Of a stretch of 64,000 bases of DNA, positions 29,359 to 39,445 are shown piece after piece. The notes below the pieces were generated by a model. It worked only from the letters and a program-made list of their open reading frames with translations. It made no database searches and had not been told where the DNA came from. Made by a program: the position numbers and the translations under genes. Positions within the stretch are counted from its first letter, which is position 1. The number at the start of each line of letters is the position of its first letter. The stretch lies in contig JAYGCN010000052.1 of NCBI GenBank assembly GCA_046583315.1, positions 42,283-106,282 of the forward strand, in the 5' to 3' direction. This DNA is from Candidatus Hydrogenedentota bacterium (GTDB lineage: Bacteria > Hydrogenedentota > Hydrogenedentia > Hydrogenedentales > GCA-2746185).

Positions 29359-30357
29359 ATGGAATATACACAAGACATGATCACGGAAATGCGCGCGTCG
29401 ATTTCACTCGAAGGCGTGTATGCGGCGCGCAAGGTTATTGAGGATTTCCTGAGTCCCACACCGCTGCTGGAACATCCACTGTTAATTGAAGCACTTGGAT
29501 TTCCGATACACGTTAAACACGAGAACCACTTACCCACGGGCGCATTCAAAATTCGCGGCGGCTACAACTACATGGCCCGACTCTCCGATGATGAACGCGC
29601 CATCGGCGTGATTACGGCCACGCGCGGCAATCACGGGCAGTCTATCGCGTTGGCGGCACGTGACTTTGGGGTACGCGCGGTGATTGTCGTGCCACACGGA
29701 AACAATCCTGAAAAAAACGCGGCCATACGCGCCTTCGGTGCCGAGTTGGTTGAGTATGGAAAGGACTACGACGAAGCGCGGGAGTATTGTGGCGCGTTAA
29801 TGGAGAAAGAGGGGCTACGGTACATTCATTCTGGCAATGAACCCGACCTCATTCACGGTGTCGGCACCTACAATCTGGAAATCCTCGAAGCATTGCCCGA
29901 AATCGATACTATAATTCTTCCCATTGGAGGCGGAAGCTCTGTGTGTGGGGCGATTACTGTGTATCGTGCGCTGAAACCAGAGGTTCGCATCATCGGTGTG
30001 CAGGCTGCGAATGCGCCGTGCGTTTACGAGAGCTGGAAGGCCGGACACGTCGTCACCACCGAAAGCGCGGACACCTTCGCCGATGGACTGGCCACGCGTG
30101 TGCCGATGGAGTTGCCACTCTCGATCATCAGCGACGAAATCGACGAGATTATCACCGTTACTGAAGAAGAAATTCGACGTGCGGCGAAATTGATCATCAC
30201 GACCACGCACAATCTCGCGGAAGGGGCTGGCGCGGCCTCAATTGCGGGTGCCTACGCCATTCGGGAGCAGCTTGCCGGCAAGACCGTTGTTGCGGTTCTT
30301 TCTGGCGGTAATCTGGCCCGGGACACGCTCCGCTGGGTGTTGGAAGCCCAAGATTAA
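29359..30357 (+). CDS. Threonine/serine dehydratase (PLP-dependent, catabolic type)
   Basis: KHENHLPTGAFKIRG, ATRGNHGQ, PIGGG, TFADGLA, SGGN; no regulatory domain. Confidence 0.9.
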   Translation: MEYTQDMITEMRASISLEGVYAARKVIEDFLSPTPLLEHPLLIEALGFPIHVKHENHLPTGAFKIRGGYNYMARLSDDERAIGVITATRGNHGQSIALAARDFGVRAVIVVPHGNNPEKNAAIRAFGAELVEYGKDYDEAREYCGALMEKEGLRYIHSGNEPDLIHGVGTYNLEILEALPEIDTIILPIGGGSSVCGAITVYRALKPEVRIIGVQAANAPCVYESWKAGHVVTTESADTFADGLATRVPMELPLSIISDEIDEIITVTEEEIRRAAKLIITTTHNLAEGAGAASIAGAYAIREQLAGKTVVAVLSGGNLARDTLRWVLEAQD

Positions 30358-30478
30358 GGGTAGTCGGTACCCGTAGGCAGACAGGGTGTGTTATTCTAGC
30401 GGCAAGGGGATTAGTGAACTCGAGGCGCGATTTCGGGTTTAATGTACATTCTGATGCACATCACACGGATTTAAAGGA

Positions 30479-31852
30479 ATGACCATGAAATTGCGCGTTA
30501 TGTTTATGCTGGTCTGCACGGTGGGTTTGACCGTTCAGACCTGGTCCGATTCACATGAAACATCGGCCCCGCTACCCTCCGTATTGTCACTCGAAGAAGC
30601 ACAACGAATCGCGCTTTCTGAGAATCCAACGCTCAAGGCGGCGCGGGATCGCGTCGATCAGGCGGCGGCGATTTTGCAGCAGGCCATGTCCGAATATCTC
30701 CCTTCAGTGACCTCTTCGGTTACCGCTTCATTTACCGATATTTCCGACAACGACGTTGTGCAGGGACAGGCGCTGGCCATGTTTTCCGGTGGGTCATTCG
30801 ACGACACAATTGAAAATTATGATGCCAACATTACGGCAAGCTACCTTTTGTTCGACGGATTCGGCAGAAAATTTCGCCGTGTCCTGGCATCACTGGGTAC
30901 GGATCGTAGCGAAGCGACTCGTCGCGAGACACAACGGCTCTTGCTCAATGCCGTCGCGCTTTCTTATTACAACGTGCAGCTTTCGCGCGAAAACGTTCGC
31001 ATTGCCGAAGCCGACGAAGCCTTCAACGAACGTCAGTTGAACGAAGCCAAGGCGCGATTTGATGTTGGGCAAGGGTCGCTCAGCGACAAGCTGAACTTTG
31101 AGGTTCGCATTCGCGCGGCCCAAACAGCAGTGCTTGTGGCAGACTCCGGTCACGATGTTGCCATGATCGCGTTGGTGCAATTGATGGGTGTTACACGTGA
31201 TCGCGTTTCTGAAGATACTGACGTGGCACCACTTAAAATGGAAACGGATGCCGATCTGACTCTACCCGACGTGAACGAAGGTATCGCCTATTCGCTCGTG
31301 CACCGTCCAGACTGGCTGGAGACGCAATACATCCACGAGCAGACCGAGGCGTCCGTCAAACTCGCGAAATCGACCTATTTCCCAAGCCTCTTTGCCTCTG
31401 CATCGGGTGATGCACGCCGTGGAGACAATGCCTATTTCGAGGAAGACGATATCTCCGGAACGGTTGCCATTCAGGGGCAATACAGCATTTACCTGGGTGG
31501 GCGACGCCGCGCGCAGCTACACGAAAGCAAAGCGGTCGAGCGTGAATTGAGCCACGTGTTGGAGAGCCAGGAAATTCAGATTACGGCGGAAGTATTGGAT
31601 GCGGTGCGTCGACTCGAAACCGCCCAGCGTGTGCTGGAGCTACAACGCGAGACCACCTCGCTGGTCGAGCAAAACCGCGACCTGGTAGAAAAGGAATACA
31701 ACGCGGGTCAAGGGTCTCTGGTTCGATTGAATCAAGCGCAACGTGACCTGATTTCCCAGCAGGCGAGTCTTGCACTGGCGCGGGTTTCGCTGCATCAGAA
31801 CTGGGTCGACCTGCGTACCGCTACGGCTGTGATTTTGGAGGACGTTAAGTAG
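30479..31852 (+). CDS. TolC family outer membrane efflux protein
   Basis: Signal peptide, LSLEEAQRIALSENP, two OEP repeats (YLLFDGFG; YSIYLGG). Confidence 0.88.
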   Translation: MTMKLRVMFMLVCTVGLTVQTWSDSHETSAPLPSVLSLEEAQRIALSENPTLKAARDRVDQAAAILQQAMSEYLPSVTSSVTASFTDISDNDVVQGQALAMFSGGSFDDTIENYDANITASYLLFDGFGRKFRRVLASLGTDRSEATRRETQRLLLNAVALSYYNVQLSRENVRIAEADEAFNERQLNEAKARFDVGQGSLSDKLNFEVRIRAAQTAVLVADSGHDVAMIALVQLMGVTRDRVSEDTDVAPLKMETDADLTLPDVNEGIAYSLVHRPDWLETQYIHEQTEASVKLAKSTYFPSLFASASGDARRGDNAYFEEDDISGTVAIQGQYSIYLGGRRRAQLHESKAVERELSHVLESQEIQITAEVLDAVRRLETAQRVLELQRETTSLVEQNRDLVEKEYNAGQGSLVRLNQAQRDLISQQASLALARVSLHQNWVDLRTATAVILEDVK

Positions 31853-31868
31853 AGTTCGAGGGGGTATC

Positions 31869-32609
31869 TTGACTGACCATAAACATTTCAAAGATCGAAA
31901 CAAGGTTTCCAACTGGATATGGGCACGTAAATTCAGGGTCCTCTTGTTCATGCTTGTGAGTGTGCTCGTCTCCTATCCCTATCTGCAGGCCGAAGGTCGC
32001 ACCGGCAGGACGCTCTTCGAAGTTCTCTTTACGGCATTGCTGTTCGTATCGACCTATGTACTCTGTGACACGCGGCGGAACACCACTATCGCTCTCGTAC
32101 TAGGATTACCTGCTGTCATCGCTCATCTCATCTATGTGATCTTTCCCGAATCATTCTCCTACGGCTTCCCCATGGGGACCTTCGTTATTTTTTACGCGTA
32201 TATGACCTTCACCGCGCTACGCCATGTCGCCACACCCGACAAAGTTACCGCTGATATTCTCGCCGGTGCGGTCTGCGTTTACCTCCTGATCGGTATGGTG
32301 TGGGCCATGGTCTTCGCGTATTTGGAGCATTCGCTTCCAGGTTCATTCGTAAGCGTGCTCAGCGGCGATCCAATCACTGGGGCCATCGGAGGGGATACCC
32401 AGGATACTCATTTCACGCTCTTCCTCTACTTTAGCTACACAACCTTAACCACCCTTGGATACGGAGATATACTTCCCAAAACGGCCTCCGCGCGATCCCT
32501 CACCAGTCTTGAGGCCATCACGGGTGTCCTGTACATCGGAGCATTCGTGGCCAGACTCATTTCAGCTTATCAGCCGAAACGTCGCCGGACAGACGTAATC
32601 GACCAATGA
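31869..32609 (+). CDS. Potassium channel family (Ion_trans_2) membrane protein
   Basis: YFSYTTLTTLGYGDILP selectivity filter; multiple TM helices. Confidence 0.88.
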   Translation: MTDHKHFKDRNKVSNWIWARKFRVLLFMLVSVLVSYPYLQAEGRTGRTLFEVLFTALLFVSTYVLCDTRRNTTIALVLGLPAVIAHLIYVIFPESFSYGFPMGTFVIFYAYMTFTALRHVATPDKVTADILAGAVCVYLLIGMVWAMVFAYLEHSLPGSFVSVLSGDPITGAIGGDTQDTHFTLFLYFSYTTLTTLGYGDILPKTASARSLTSLEAITGVLYIGAFVARLISAYQPKRRRTDVIDQ

Positions 32610-32610
32610 C

Positions 32611-32656
32611 TGGTTAAATTAGCCAATTTTGATGGTATTTTTGGCTAAATTAGACG
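32611..32656. promoter_or_regulatory. Candidate PspF-type upstream activator sites
   Basis: Imperfect palindromes TGGTTAAATTAGCCA (32611-32625) and TGGCTAAATTAGACG (32642-32656), about 80-120 nt upstream of the sigma-54 site. Confidence 0.55.
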
Positions 32657-32733
32657 CATTAACCATACTTCAATTTCACCCAATACTTCACTAAGTTGTT
32701 TATTTTCAAGTAATTACAACTTATTCCGCTACT

Positions 32734-32749
32734 TGGCACCTCGATTGCG
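32734..32749 (+). promoter_or_regulatory. Sigma-54 (-24/-12) promoter of pspA
   Basis: TGGCAC-CTCGA-TTGCG with exact GG-N10-GC spacing; IHF-like TTTCAAGTAATTA at 32704-32716. Confidence 0.8.
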
Positions 32750-32818
32750 ATAACCACTGCATAGACACATTGAATAAAGCGTAGTCGCTTGCAGTAGTTA
32801 ACAACAGGAGGTGTCATC

Positions 32819-33511
32819 ATGGGAATCTTTACCCGAGCACGAGACATTGTCAACTCGAATATTAATGCGGCGCTGGACAAGGCCGAAAATCCCGAAAAAC
32901 TGATCCGCCACATGATTCGCGAGATGGAAGACACACTCGTCGAAATCAAAGCAGCCTGTGCAGGTGCGATGGCCGGTCGCAAAAAAGCTGAACGTGACAC
33001 GGATGACGCGCAGTCCCTGATCAATCACTGGACCGAACGCGCAGAGCTCGCCGTTGAACGTGGACGCGAGAATCTGGCGCGCGAAGCCCTTCGCGCCAAA
33101 CAGCGTTACCAGGGTGATGTAGAAACCACCCAGAACGTGATCGACCAACTCAGCGGACTTGTCGATCAGTACAAGAGCGACATCCTACAGATCGAAAATA
33201 AACTTCAGGGTGCTCGCGAAAAACAACGCGTACTGACGCAGCGTCACGTACACGCCGTGCAGCATAAACGCGCTCTGATGCAAATCCGTAAACTGGATAC
33301 CTCCAACGCGATGATTCGTTTCGAGGAATTCGAACAGCGCCTGGATCGCTCCGAGGCCGAAGGCGAATTGGTCAATTTCGGTCGCCCGAAACCTTTCTCG
33401 CTGGAACAGGAATTCGTGAAGATGGAGTGCGACGAATCCATTGAGAGCGAACTGGAAGCACTCAAAGCGAAAGTGAATAAGAAACAAACGACCGAAGTTG
33501 CGATAGCCTAA
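32819..33511 (+). CDS. pspA: Phage shock protein A
   Basis: MGIFTRARDIVNSNINAALDKAENPEKLIRHMIREMEDTLVE N-terminus; coiled coil. Confidence 0.95.
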   Translation: MGIFTRARDIVNSNINAALDKAENPEKLIRHMIREMEDTLVEIKAACAGAMAGRKKAERDTDDAQSLINHWTERAELAVERGRENLAREALRAKQRYQGDVETTQNVIDQLSGLVDQYKSDILQIENKLQGAREKQRVLTQRHVHAVQHKRALMQIRKLDTSNAMIRFEEFEQRLDRSEAEGELVNFGRPKPFSLEQEFVKMECDESIESELEALKAKVNKKQTTEVAIA

Positions 33512-33551
33512 CTTGAACCCGGCAACCAGAAAGCCGAAAGGAGTATAAATC

Positions 33552-33776
33552 ATGAGTTACTATGGATACGAACGAACAGGAATGTACCGGTCCCGCGATG
33601 GGATGGTTGCCGGAGTATGCCGAGGCATCGCAGAATATTTTGACATCTCAGTATTTGTCACCCGCGGGATTGCTGTATTCATGTTACTCTGCACAGGTGT
33701 CTGGCCAACACTCGGCCTCTACCTGCTCGCTGCATTGGTGATGAAGAAAGAACCTTACGTGCGCTGGGGTAACTAA
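33552..33776 (+). CDS. pspC: Phage shock protein C (short)
   Basis: YRSRDGMVAGVCRGIAEYFD PspC signature plus a TM segment. Confidence 0.9.
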   Translation: MSYYGYERTGMYRSRDGMVAGVCRGIAEYFDISVFVTRGIAVFMLLCTGVWPTLGLYLLAALVMKKEPYVRWGN

Positions 33777-33801
33777 CTCGCAAGCGAAATTCGAAGCAAA
33801 C

Positions 33802-33843
33802 ACCCGTCGCCGGACTTCAAATCCGGCGGCGGGTTTCTTTTTG
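33802..33843 (+). terminator. Rho-independent terminator
   Basis: ACCCGTCGCCGGA-CTTCAAA-TCCGGCGGCGGGT followed by a T-rich tail. Confidence 0.8.
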
Positions 33844-33897
33844 TGGACGAGGTGCATCTGATATGCTTTTCGAACTGATTCAATCGGACTGAAAGGG

Positions 33898-35841
33898 ATG
33901 CGCGTGCACCTCCATTTGTTACGATTCGTACCATTTTGCCTGATTCTATTGGCCGTTGTTGTCGCCTATGCGGACGAATGCGCTTTCGATGGCGCGTCGT
34001 CCGACTGGCATGGATTCACCTTACACGAATTCGAAGTCGATGGCCGTGCCTGCAAGGTGGTGTGCCCGGAAACGGCTGAGGACGGCAAACCGTGGATCTG
34101 GCGCGCGCGATTCTGGGGGCATGAGCCGCAGACGGATATCGCGCTGCTCAATGCTGGATTTCACGTCGCCTATATGGAGGTCGGCGCGCTCTTTGGCAAT
34201 CCAACGGCGGTCGCGCATTGGGATGTTTTTCATGCCTACCTGACTGGGGAGTATGGATTCTCGTCCAAACCCGCGCTCGAAGGCATGAGCCGTGGCGGTC
34301 TCATCATTTACAATTGGGCCATTGCGAATCCCGACAAGGTCGCGTGTATTTATGCCGATGCGCCCGTGCTGGACATTCGAAGCTGGCCGGGTGGAAAAGG
34401 AAACGGTAAGGGGTCGGAATCCGATTGGCGCGCGTGTATGCGGCGATACAAATTGACCGAAGAGACGGCCTCCAGCTTTTATGGAAACCCTATCGATAAT
34501 CTGAGACCGCTTGCGGATGCAGGAATTCCATTGTTGCACGTCGTCGGTGCCGCGGACGAGGTCGTGCCAGTCGCGGAAAACTCCGCCATTCTCGAAGAAC
34601 GTTACAAAGAACTCGGTGGTACCATTCACGTCATTTCGAAAGAAGGCGTTGGGCACCATCCGCATAGCCTGAAAGATCCCAAGGTTATCGTCAACTTCGT
34701 GCGCGGCTATGCCAGTGGAATCGGCGATCCTTACTTTGAAGTTCGCAGTGGCCTCTCAAACTCAGGACTGAGTTTTGCTCAAAAGAAAGACGGGCGCGTC
34801 GCATTTCTTGGTGGCTCCATAACAGAAATGACGGGTTGGCGTGAGAAGACTTCCGCTGATCTGCAACGTCGTTTTCCCGATACCGAATTCGATTTTATTG
34901 ACGCGGGAATCGCCTCTACGGACAGCACGTATCACGCATTCCGACTTGAAGACCACGTTTTCGGGCGTGGTAAGGTCGATTTGCTCTTCATCGAATCCAC
35001 CGTGAATGAGCAGCACAATATGCGCGAACAGCAGGAACGGATTCGGGGGCTGGAGGGCATTATTCGCCATGCCCGCACACTTAATCCTGAGATCGACATT
35101 ATCGTGCAATACTTCATTGACCCCGCGCAGATGGATTATTGGGAAAAAGGGGAGGTTCCCCCGATCATCCTCGATCAGGACCGGGTGACCCGGCATTACA
35201 ACGTGCCCGCCATCAATCTATCGCGCGAAATTAGTGATCAGATTATGGCTGGCAACTTTGAATGGGAAGACTTCGGCGATGCGCATCCGAAACCCTTTGG
35301 TCACGAAATCTACGCGAATCGTATTGCTCGATTGTTTGATGCGGCGTGGGGTGGAGGCGTGTTGGATACTGCTACGGTGTCGAGCCACGAAACGCCCGTC
35401 ACTTCAATCGACCCCTTCAATTATCAACGTGGCCGATTCGTCGATATTCAGAAAGCCGAGGTCATCTTGGGCTGGAACTATGTCGACGATTGGAAACCAT
35501 CCGACCGCGCGGGACGGCGCAAACAATTCATCAACGTACCTGCCCTCGAAGCGCTCAAATCCGGCGCGGATTTCGTCATGCCCTTCGAAGGCACCGGAAT
35601 AGGCATCATGGTTACCGCTGGCCCCGACGTGGGCATTCTTGAATACTCCATCGATGGCATCGACTATCCGCCTCTCGATCAATTCACAAAATGGAGCGAA
35701 GGATTGCACATTCCCTGGGCCTACATGCTCGCCACCGAGCTCGAAGTCGGCACGCATCGACTCACAATAAGGACCAGCGACAAGAAAAACGAAAAAAGCA
35801 AAGGATACGCCAGTCGTATCCAACAATTTTTGGTGAATTAA
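33898..35841 (+). CDS. Secreted alpha/beta-hydrolase fused to an SGNH/GDSL esterase
   Basis: WIWRARFWGH, GMSRGG nucleophile elbow, HHPHSL; second domain VAFLGGSIT ... DAHP. Confidence 0.85.
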   Translation: MRVHLHLLRFVPFCLILLAVVVAYADECAFDGASSDWHGFTLHEFEVDGRACKVVCPETAEDGKPWIWRARFWGHEPQTDIALLNAGFHVAYMEVGALFGNPTAVAHWDVFHAYLTGEYGFSSKPALEGMSRGGLIIYNWAIANPDKVACIYADAPVLDIRSWPGGKGNGKGSESDWRACMRRYKLTEETASSFYGNPIDNLRPLADAGIPLLHVVGAADEVVPVAENSAILEERYKELGGTIHVISKEGVGHHPHSLKDPKVIVNFVRGYASGIGDPYFEVRSGLSNSGLSFAQKKDGRVAFLGGSITEMTGWREKTSADLQRRFPDTEFDFIDAGIASTDSTYHAFRLEDHVFGRGKVDLLFIESTVNEQHNMREQQERIRGLEGIIRHARTLNPEIDIIVQYFIDPAQMDYWEKGEVPPIILDQDRVTRHYNVPAINLSREISDQIMAGNFEWEDFGDAHPKPFGHEIYANRIARLFDAAWGGGVLDTATVSSHETPVTSIDPFNYQRGRFVDIQKAEVILGWNYVDDWKPSDRAGRRKQFINVPALEALKSGADFVMPFEGTGIGIMVTAGPDVGILEYSIDGIDYPPLDQFTKWSEGLHIPWAYMLATELEVGTHRLTIRTSDKKNEKSKGYASRIQQFLVN

Positions 35842-35861
35842 GAACAAACAGAAAGAGTTTT

Positions 35862-37973
35862 ATGACGAAACGTATCGCATCAGCAACAATGATGATTCTG
35901 GTCTCGCTCTCTTCGGCGATGAGCGTGGCCTTCGAAAACACCACCCTCTCCGGCATGGAGCAACTCACCTGGAACGAGGTCGCGCCCGGGGTATGGTCTG
36001 CGCAGATTGGGGTGACGGAATCGATGACGTTTCGCGAGTTGGCTGGTGCACCGCCGCGTGTTGATGCGATGGAGGCGATGGGGGAGACGAAATTTCCTTT
36101 TGATGAGACGGCGACACGCGGTCAAGTAATCGGTACGCGTACCTCCGTGCGATTGCCCCTTGGTAAAACTGAACAGGTCTACGGTCTCGGCATGCAGTTC
36201 CGCAACATGAACCGACGCGGGCAAGTCTATCATCTGCGCACGGATCATTACGGCGGCAACCTCGGTCGCACGCATGCGCCGTCGCCTTTTTACGTGACCA
36301 GCGACGGGTATGGTGTTTTGTTCAATACCGTCAAGTGGATTTCGGTTTACCCCGGCGTGGGAAATCGCAAGGACAGCGACCTGCCGCCGATTCGCGATCG
36401 TACGACCGATCCCGCGTGGCAAGCGGTGCCGACATCCGATGCCGTAGAAGCCAGCGCGATAACGGAGGGCATGGAAATCCTCGTGTTTGCCGGACCGACC
36501 ACGCTCGATGCCGTGCGTCGATACAATCTCTATTTCGGTGGCGGTCCTCTCGTGCCGCGTTGGGGACTCGGTTTCTGGCATCGCGTGCCGACGGCGGCTA
36601 CGGATGAACAAGTCACTGCGGAGGTGGACGAATTCGCGAAACGTGATTTTCCGCTGGATGTGATTGGTCTTGAACCCGGCTGGCAGAGTTTCGCGTATCC
36701 GGGATCTTTTGATTGGAGTCCGAAGCGATTTCCCGATCCGGAAGCCTTTGTTGATGCGATGACCGAACGCAATTTGAAAGTGAATCTTTGGGAGAATCCT
36801 TATATTTCGCCGGAGTCGTCCATTTTCGAAGAGATGAAACCGTACACCGGATCGCACATGGTTTGGCTGGGCGAAGTCCCCGACTACACGCTGCCCGAAG
36901 CGCGTGACCTCATCGCCGAGCATCATCAAAAATCGCATCTGGACATTGGCGTGAGCGGTTACAAAATTGATGAGGTGGACGGGGTCGATAGGTGGCTCTG
37001 GCCGGACCACGCGACCTTCCCGTCGGGTACCAGCGCCGAAGAGATGCGTCAGACCTACGGGTCGCAGGTTCAAAAATGGCAGACGGAGATGTTTCGTGCC
37101 GCGGACACGCGGACCTACGGACTCGTGCGCGGCAGTAACGCGGGCTCATCGGCTTACCCCTACGCGATTTACAGCGACTACTACAATCATAAAGGCTACA
37201 TCACCGCGCTGTGCAACAGCAGCCTTTCCGGCGTGTTGTGGACCCCTGAAATTCGCAGCGCGAATTCCGACGAAGAATGGGTTCGCCGTATGCAGAGCGT
37301 CGTTTTCTCACCCCTGGCCATGTTGAACGCGTGGTCGTCGGGACTCAAACCGTGGTCGCGCGAGAAAGTTATTCCGGAAATTCGCGATGCGATGAAATGG
37401 CGCGTGCGATTTCTACCGTATTTGTACTCGGCCTTCGCGGAGTATCACTTTGAAGGCACACCGCCCTTTCGCGCTATGGTGCTGGAAGCCGACTACGCGC
37501 CCTCCAACAACCTGACTGACCAATATATGATGGGTGAGTCCATACTCGTCGCGCCATTTTTCATGGGACAAAAAGAACGCGCCGTCGTGTTGCCGACGGG
37601 CAACTGGTACGACTTCTACACGGGAGACCTTGCAGGAAACGGCGAAACGATTACCGTTCCCGCCGAGCTCGCCAAGATTCCCCTCTACGTCAAAGAAGGC
37701 GGCATCATTCCGCTGCTAAAAGAAGGCAACAACACCAGCGAATGGACCCAAGGCGTCGACCTCGAAGTCCGCCATTACGGCACCCAAGCCAACGCAACCC
37801 GCCTCTACGACGACGACGGAAAAACCTTCGCCTACGAACGCGGCGAATATAGTTGGTACGAATTCAACGTAGAAAAATCCGAGCGCGGAAAACTCAAAGG
37901 AAACGTCACGCATATCTCCGGCGACTACCCGCAAACCTTCGACAAAGCCAAGTGGAATTTCATGACGAAGTAG
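35862..37973 (+). CDS. Glycoside hydrolase family 31 (alpha-xylosidase/glucosidase-like)
   Basis: VYGLG, PRWGLGFW, GYKIDEVD nucleophile region, DQYMMG..ILVAP, IPLYVKEG, YDDDGKT. Confidence 0.9.
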   Translation: MTKRIASATMMILVSLSSAMSVAFENTTLSGMEQLTWNEVAPGVWSAQIGVTESMTFRELAGAPPRVDAMEAMGETKFPFDETATRGQVIGTRTSVRLPLGKTEQVYGLGMQFRNMNRRGQVYHLRTDHYGGNLGRTHAPSPFYVTSDGYGVLFNTVKWISVYPGVGNRKDSDLPPIRDRTTDPAWQAVPTSDAVEASAITEGMEILVFAGPTTLDAVRRYNLYFGGGPLVPRWGLGFWHRVPTAATDEQVTAEVDEFAKRDFPLDVIGLEPGWQSFAYPGSFDWSPKRFPDPEAFVDAMTERNLKVNLWENPYISPESSIFEEMKPYTGSHMVWLGEVPDYTLPEARDLIAEHHQKSHLDIGVSGYKIDEVDGVDRWLWPDHATFPSGTSAEEMRQTYGSQVQKWQTEMFRAADTRTYGLVRGSNAGSSAYPYAIYSDYYNHKGYITALCNSSLSGVLWTPEIRSANSDEEWVRRMQSVVFSPLAMLNAWSSGLKPWSREKVIPEIRDAMKWRVRFLPYLYSAFAEYHFEGTPPFRAMVLEADYAPSNNLTDQYMMGESILVAPFFMGQKERAVVLPTGNWYDFYTGDLAGNGETITVPAELAKIPLYVKEGGIIPLLKEGNNTSEWTQGVDLEVRHYGTQANATRLYDDDGKTFAYERGEYSWYEFNVEKSERGKLKGNVTHISGDYPQTFDKAKWNFMTK

Positions 37974-37978
37974 GGAGT

Positions 37979-39445
37979 TTAGTCATCCAGTCCGGCGAAG
38001 GGGAATAAATCAGAGGAGATTCTGGCCTCTCTCATGACGCGCTCAATGTTCTTGCGAACTTTTCTGTTCTCGTCGGCGACATCGTTGGACTCGCTAGGAT
38101 CGTTATCCAGGTTATAAAGTTCCAGTCGGCCGCCATCCGGATTGATCTTTCCATTGCGCAGCAGCATGTTTTGGCGGATGCCTTTCCAGTTGCCCATGCG
38201 GACGGCTTGTTGGCCGCCGTAGGCTTTGAATTCCCAGTAGAGGTAGTCGTGTTGTTTTTGTTTGGCGGAGGCGTCGAGCAGGTGTCGGGCAAAGGAGATG
38301 CCGTCGATGTTTTTTGGGGTGGTGGCTCCGGTGAGTTCGGTGAAGGTCGGCAGGACGTCCCAGAAGGCGGAGATGTGGTCGGAGGTGCGGCCTGCTTCGA
38401 TTTGTTCGGGCCACCGCGCGACGAGGGGTACACGGATGCCGCCTTCATAGAGCGAACCCTTGAGTCCGCGAAAGACGCCTGCGCTTTCGAAGAATTCCGA
38501 GTCGGACCCGCCGAGACGGTTGAAGGCGGGGCCGTTGTCGCTGGTGAATATGATGATGGTGTTGTTATCGAGGCCAAGCGATTCGACGAGGTCCATAATC
38601 TTGCCGACATCGCGATCCACGTGGCTGATCATCGCGGCATATCCCGCGCGAGGGTAGGGATGTTTGAGGTAGCCTTTATGTACGTAGTCTTCCTCGGGGA
38701 TGATGCCTTTGTATTGCGCGAGCGATTCGTCGGTGACTTGAATGGAGAGGTGGGGGATGGCGATGGGCAGGTAGAGGAAGAAGGGTTCGTCTTTGTTTTC
38801 CTGGATGAAGTCGAGGCCCCATTTGGTGAAATAGTCCTGCGAGAATTGTTCGCCGGTGAGTGTGCGGTCGTTGCCGGGCATCGGGAGTTGTTCGCCGCTT
38901 TTCCACAGGAATCGCGGGTAATGATTGTGCGCGTGAACCTGGCAGAGGAATCCCCCGAAATCATCGAAGCCCTGCTTCAACGGATCACCAGAGGAGCCTT
39001 CGAAACCGAGTCCCCATTTCCCGTAAGCCGCTGTCGCATAACCGCGATCCTTCAACAATTCCGCAATCGTCACGGTTTCGTCTGGAATCGCGTTTTGTCC
39101 GGGAAAAATGCTGCGATCCTGATCGGTTTCGCGTCCCGGAGGATTGCCGTTGTCTCGAATGTAGGTGTGACCCATGTGTTTTCCGGTCATCAGCGCACAT
39201 CGAGACGGTGCACAGACCGCCTGGCCGGAATAATGATTCGTGAATCGAATTCCTTCGGCAGCGATGCGGTCGATGTTGGGCGTCTTGATGATTTTCTGAC
39301 CGTAGCTGCCGAGTTCCGCGTAGCCGAGGTCGTCGGCGAGGATGTAGATGATGTTGGGACGGTCGAGCGGCGCGCGCATCTCGGCAGAGACCGGAATTGC
39401 GACGATAGTTAGTAGCAACAGAGTTATAAACTTTTTCATAATCAT
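37979..39445 (-). CDS. Arylsulfatase (Cys-type S1 sulfatase)
   Basis: PNIIYILADDLGY, CAPSR formylglycine motif, GKWGLG, SDNG, YEGGIRVP. Confidence 0.95.
   Translation of the reverse strand: MIMKKFITLLLLTIVAIPVSAEMRAPLDRPNIIYILADDLGYAELGSYGQKIIKTPNIDRIAAEGIRFTNHYSGQAVCAPSRCALMTGKHMGHTYIRDNGNPPGRETDQDRSIFPGQNAIPDETVTIAELLKDRGYATAAYGKWGLGFEGSSGDPLKQGFDDFGGFLCQVHAHNHYPRFLWKSGEQLPMPGNDRTLTGEQFSQDYFTKWGLDFIQENKDEPFFLYLPIAIPHLSIQVTDESLAQYKGIIPEEDYVHKGYLKHPYPRAGYAAMISHVDRDVGKIMDLVESLGLDNNTIIIFTSDNGPAFNRLGGSDSEFFESAGVFRGLKGSLYEGGIRVPLVARWPEQIEAGRTSDHISAFWDVLPTFTELTGATTPKNIDGISFARHLLDASAKQKQHDYLYWEFKAYGGQQAVRMGNWKGIRQNMLLRNGKINPDGGRLELYNLDNDPSESNDVADENRKVRKNIERVMREARISSDLFPFAGLDD

Noticed and set aside
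35880..39412. Long antisense ORFs (397 aa at 35880-37073, 413 aa at 38171-39412)
   Set aside because: Shadows of the GH31 and sulfatase genes, as expected from GC-rich codon bias.
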